DNA of 64,000 nt, from assembly GCF_006345805.1 (NCBI RefSeq), contig NC_043016.1:6572001-6636000 (forward strand), read 5' to 3'. A program made the position numbers and the translations under genes. Positions 62,543-64,000 of the stretch are shown here, in pieces. The stretch's first letter is position 1; every line of letters starts with the position of its first letter. This stretch comes from Octopus sinensis. Its lineage: Eukaryota. A model generated the notes under the pieces. The model ran no database searches, had not been told where the DNA came from, and worked only from the letters and a program-made list of their open reading frames with translations.

Positions 62543-62848
62543 AGCACTATCCGAATTGTGGCCGATGCCAGCGCCGCCTCGACTGGCTTCCGTGCCGGTG
62601 GCACGTAAAATGCACCAATCCGACCGTGGCCATTGCCAGCCTTGCCTGGCACCTGTGCGGGTGGCACGTAAAAAGCACCCACTACACTCACGGAGTGGTT
62701 GGCGTTAGGAAGGGCATCCAGCTGTAGAAACACTGCCAGATAAGACTGGAGCCTGGTGCAGCCTTCTGGCTTCCCAGATCCCCGGTCGAAGCGTCCAACC
62801 CATGCTAGAATGGAGAACGGATGTTAAACGATGATGATGATGATGATA
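62543..62848 (+). mobile_element. RTE-tail repeat (family C)
   Basis: Canonical tail with (GAT)n. Confidence 0.88.
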
Positions 62849-63277
62849 TATATATATATATAGTGGTAGAAATGGCTAGAAGTGAGAGGGTATTATGGGT
62901 GTGAGTAACAAGTGATCTTGGAGAAAAGGAGTTGCAGCTAGATATTTTAGAAGAGGATTTTAATGGTAAGAGAATGCAAATGGCAGCCGGTCAAGATAGT
63001 AGCAGTAAGAGAGTGATATCAATGAAGGAATGTCATGATGAAAAGGAAGTGACCCACAGTTCAGCGAGGGTAAATGGAGGTGGAGGTGTATCAGATGGTA
63101 AAAAGGACCAAGCGTTCCCTCTTTATTCAAGCATTCATAATGTAAGAGAGTGGGTGTTGGTGATAGTAGTAAATGGTAGGGAAGAGCTTGTGTATGAACA
63201 GATCTAAAGTTTTACCCTCACAACATGAATAGCACATATTTAATATATATATGTGTGTGCATATATATATATATGTA

Positions 63278-63311
<34 letters not shown>

Positions 63312-63319
63312 ATATATAT

Positions 63320-64000
63320 ATTGATAAAACGGTAAGATAACAAAAGAAAGAAAGAGACCTCAATATTATGTAAATAGAGGAAATTTATCTATACAATATG
63401 TTACATTACTCGGTAGTCAAGATAAACTCTGAGTTTCAGATGCCGAAGTGGAAATCCACAACAGCATCTCTTCGGTTATCTGGCTATTTGAAAACGTTAT
63501 GAAAAAATACCGTTAAAAATGAAGGGAAATTACTCTGTTATAACTCTGCTTTGCCTGCGTACTTATACATCGCTCGCATTTTTCGTCATAAAAATTATAT
63601 AAATACATAAAAAATATATAAAAAATATTAAAATATATAAAATCTTCTTGGGACATAACACAGAAAGCATGTTCTATCCGTTTTCTTAGGGGACCAAAAA
63701 CGTAACAGAAATTTAGTCATATGTGGGCATGATCCGAAAAGCTCTGTCCTTGTATTTAGACATGTGGTAGGGTCTAAGCTGCTTTCCAGATAAGCCATCT
63801 CTCCATGTCGCATAAACCGCACCTTCCGCTGCCGTTAGTGTAGGGCTTACATCTGGCCAAAATCTTCCATTGTATGTTATAATCGACACCTTTATCTCTT
63901 AAAGACCAAATATGATTGGATAATTGTGTCGCTTTTCTTTTGTTCCAGTGCCTAAAGCTCAAAGTGTGGTTATTGAACCTGGCCTTGAAATTACCCTCTG
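63320..64000 (-). mobile_element. Penelope-like element: GIY-YIG C-terminus plus 3' terminal region, cut by the window edge
   Basis: EGNFKARFNNHTLSFRH...TQLSNHIWSLRDKG...IQWKIL...RCGLCDMERWLI / LNTRTELFGSCPHMTKFLL (one frameshift); decayed hammerhead motif at 63421-63480. Confidence 0.85.

Overview
AT-rich, repeat-saturated animal genomic DNA with no prokaryotic gene structure. The SINE families, RTE/R4/Penelope remnants and microsatellite load are typical of a coleoid cephalopod, most likely Octopus (inference from recalled repeat families, not a database hit). Almost all ORFs in the supplied track are microsatellite or transposon artefacts. One host gene is supported: a minus-strand universal stress protein (UspA/Usp family) gene with three in-phase exons (17170-17250, 9296-9408, 5331-5533). 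Its first coding exon was not found, and the last exon has a 1-nt deletion inside the G-2x-G-9x-G(S/T) ATP-binding motif. The rest is nested mobile DNA: at least four SINE-like families, RTE, CR1, R4/Dong-type and Penelope-like retroelement fragments, a truncated Ty3/Gypsy with a 3' LTR, mariner/Tc1 fragments and two MITEs with intact termini. The most notable non-coding structures are a core-intact type I hammerhead ribozyme motif (37930-38010) next to a ~400-bp-arm, ~98% identical fold-back (37007-37888), three more hammerhead motifs of varying decay, a 54-bp-stem hairpin (3973-4085), a ~2 kb inverted duplication (53335-55321), a 20 x 50-bp minisatellite and a 5 x ~158-bp G-rich array with dimeric higher-order structure.
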